DNA of 64,000 nucleotides from Candidatus Saccharimonadota bacterium. Its GTDB lineage: Bacteria; Patescibacteriota; Saccharimonadia; UBA4664. Position 1 is the stretch's first letter; each line of letters begins with the position of its first letter. A program made the position numbers and the translations under genes. This document shows positions 63,717-64,000 of this stretch, piece after piece. Under the pieces are notes generated by a model. It did no database searches. It was not told where the DNA came from and saw only the letters and a program-made list of their open reading frames with translations. The stretch lies in assembly GCA_019352195.1 (NCBI GenBank), contig JACAFG010000003.1, forward strand, positions 64,956 to 128,955, written 5' to 3'.

Positions 63717-63889
63717 TTATTGTCTTCGCCAGAGAATCTTACCGATTGCGGTGTCATCGAACCGATAGGTAAACCCGGGCTCAAGCATATTGTTGCACTT
63801 ATGGTTGATGATAAAGGACAAGTGCTAACTCGAGGGGATCGACCAAACAAAAACCCCGCCGGAGCGGAGATTTTTGCAACCTGATGAAA

Positions 63890-64000
63890 TTATTTGGCGG
63901 GCTCTTCAGCGTCGCCTTCGGGCTCTTTACCGCTAAGCGCATCGGTCTGGCCGTCAGTGGCCTGCTCGTCCATTGAAGGATCAATACCTTCGGCGGGATC
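63890..64000 (-). CDS. Acidic C-terminus of a gene starting outside the window
   Basis: Open frame DPAEGIDPSMDEQ...EEPAK* followed by a hairpin at ~63850-63875. Confidence 0.55.
   Translation of the reverse strand, partial: DPAEGIDPSMDEQATDGQTDALSGKEPEGDAEEPAK

Overview
Bacterial chromosomal window using the standard genetic code. Gene content and order suggest a Patescibacteria/Saccharibacteria (TM7)-like organism; this is inference, no search was run. The housekeeping backbone comprises an mpl/murC-type ligase, ABC-F, rpsG/rpsL, rpoC/rpoB, clpP, tig, rsmD, recG, tyrS, PBP1A, PIN-TRAM, radA, alkA and clpC. Two accessory blocks interrupt it. (1) 17.1-30.6 kb: an actinobacterial-type (SCO6880-like) minimal T4SS-like operon with no relaxase or VirD4 in the window and a four-domain cell-wall hydrolase. 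It is followed by three microproteins with a similar N-terminal motif (two C2H2 zinc fingers, one CaaX-like tail), then a separately promoted ~560-nt structured non-coding unit holding two tRNA-shaped domains with non-canonical anticodon loops and 3'-CGA in place of CCA. (2) 32.1-46.7 kb: an island at the 3' end of tRNA-Leu(TAG) with a large serine recombinase whose C-terminus is split by integration. It carries a rolling-circle-type Rep, a Xer-like recombinase, an NgoMIV-type RM system and HEPN-like genes, plus a tandem array of five attP-like half-sites separating small toxin-antitoxin and nuclease cassettes, an integron-like arrangement. Also seen: CIRCE boxes before clpP and clpC, and an R-Y-R leader peptide before the ABC-F gene.
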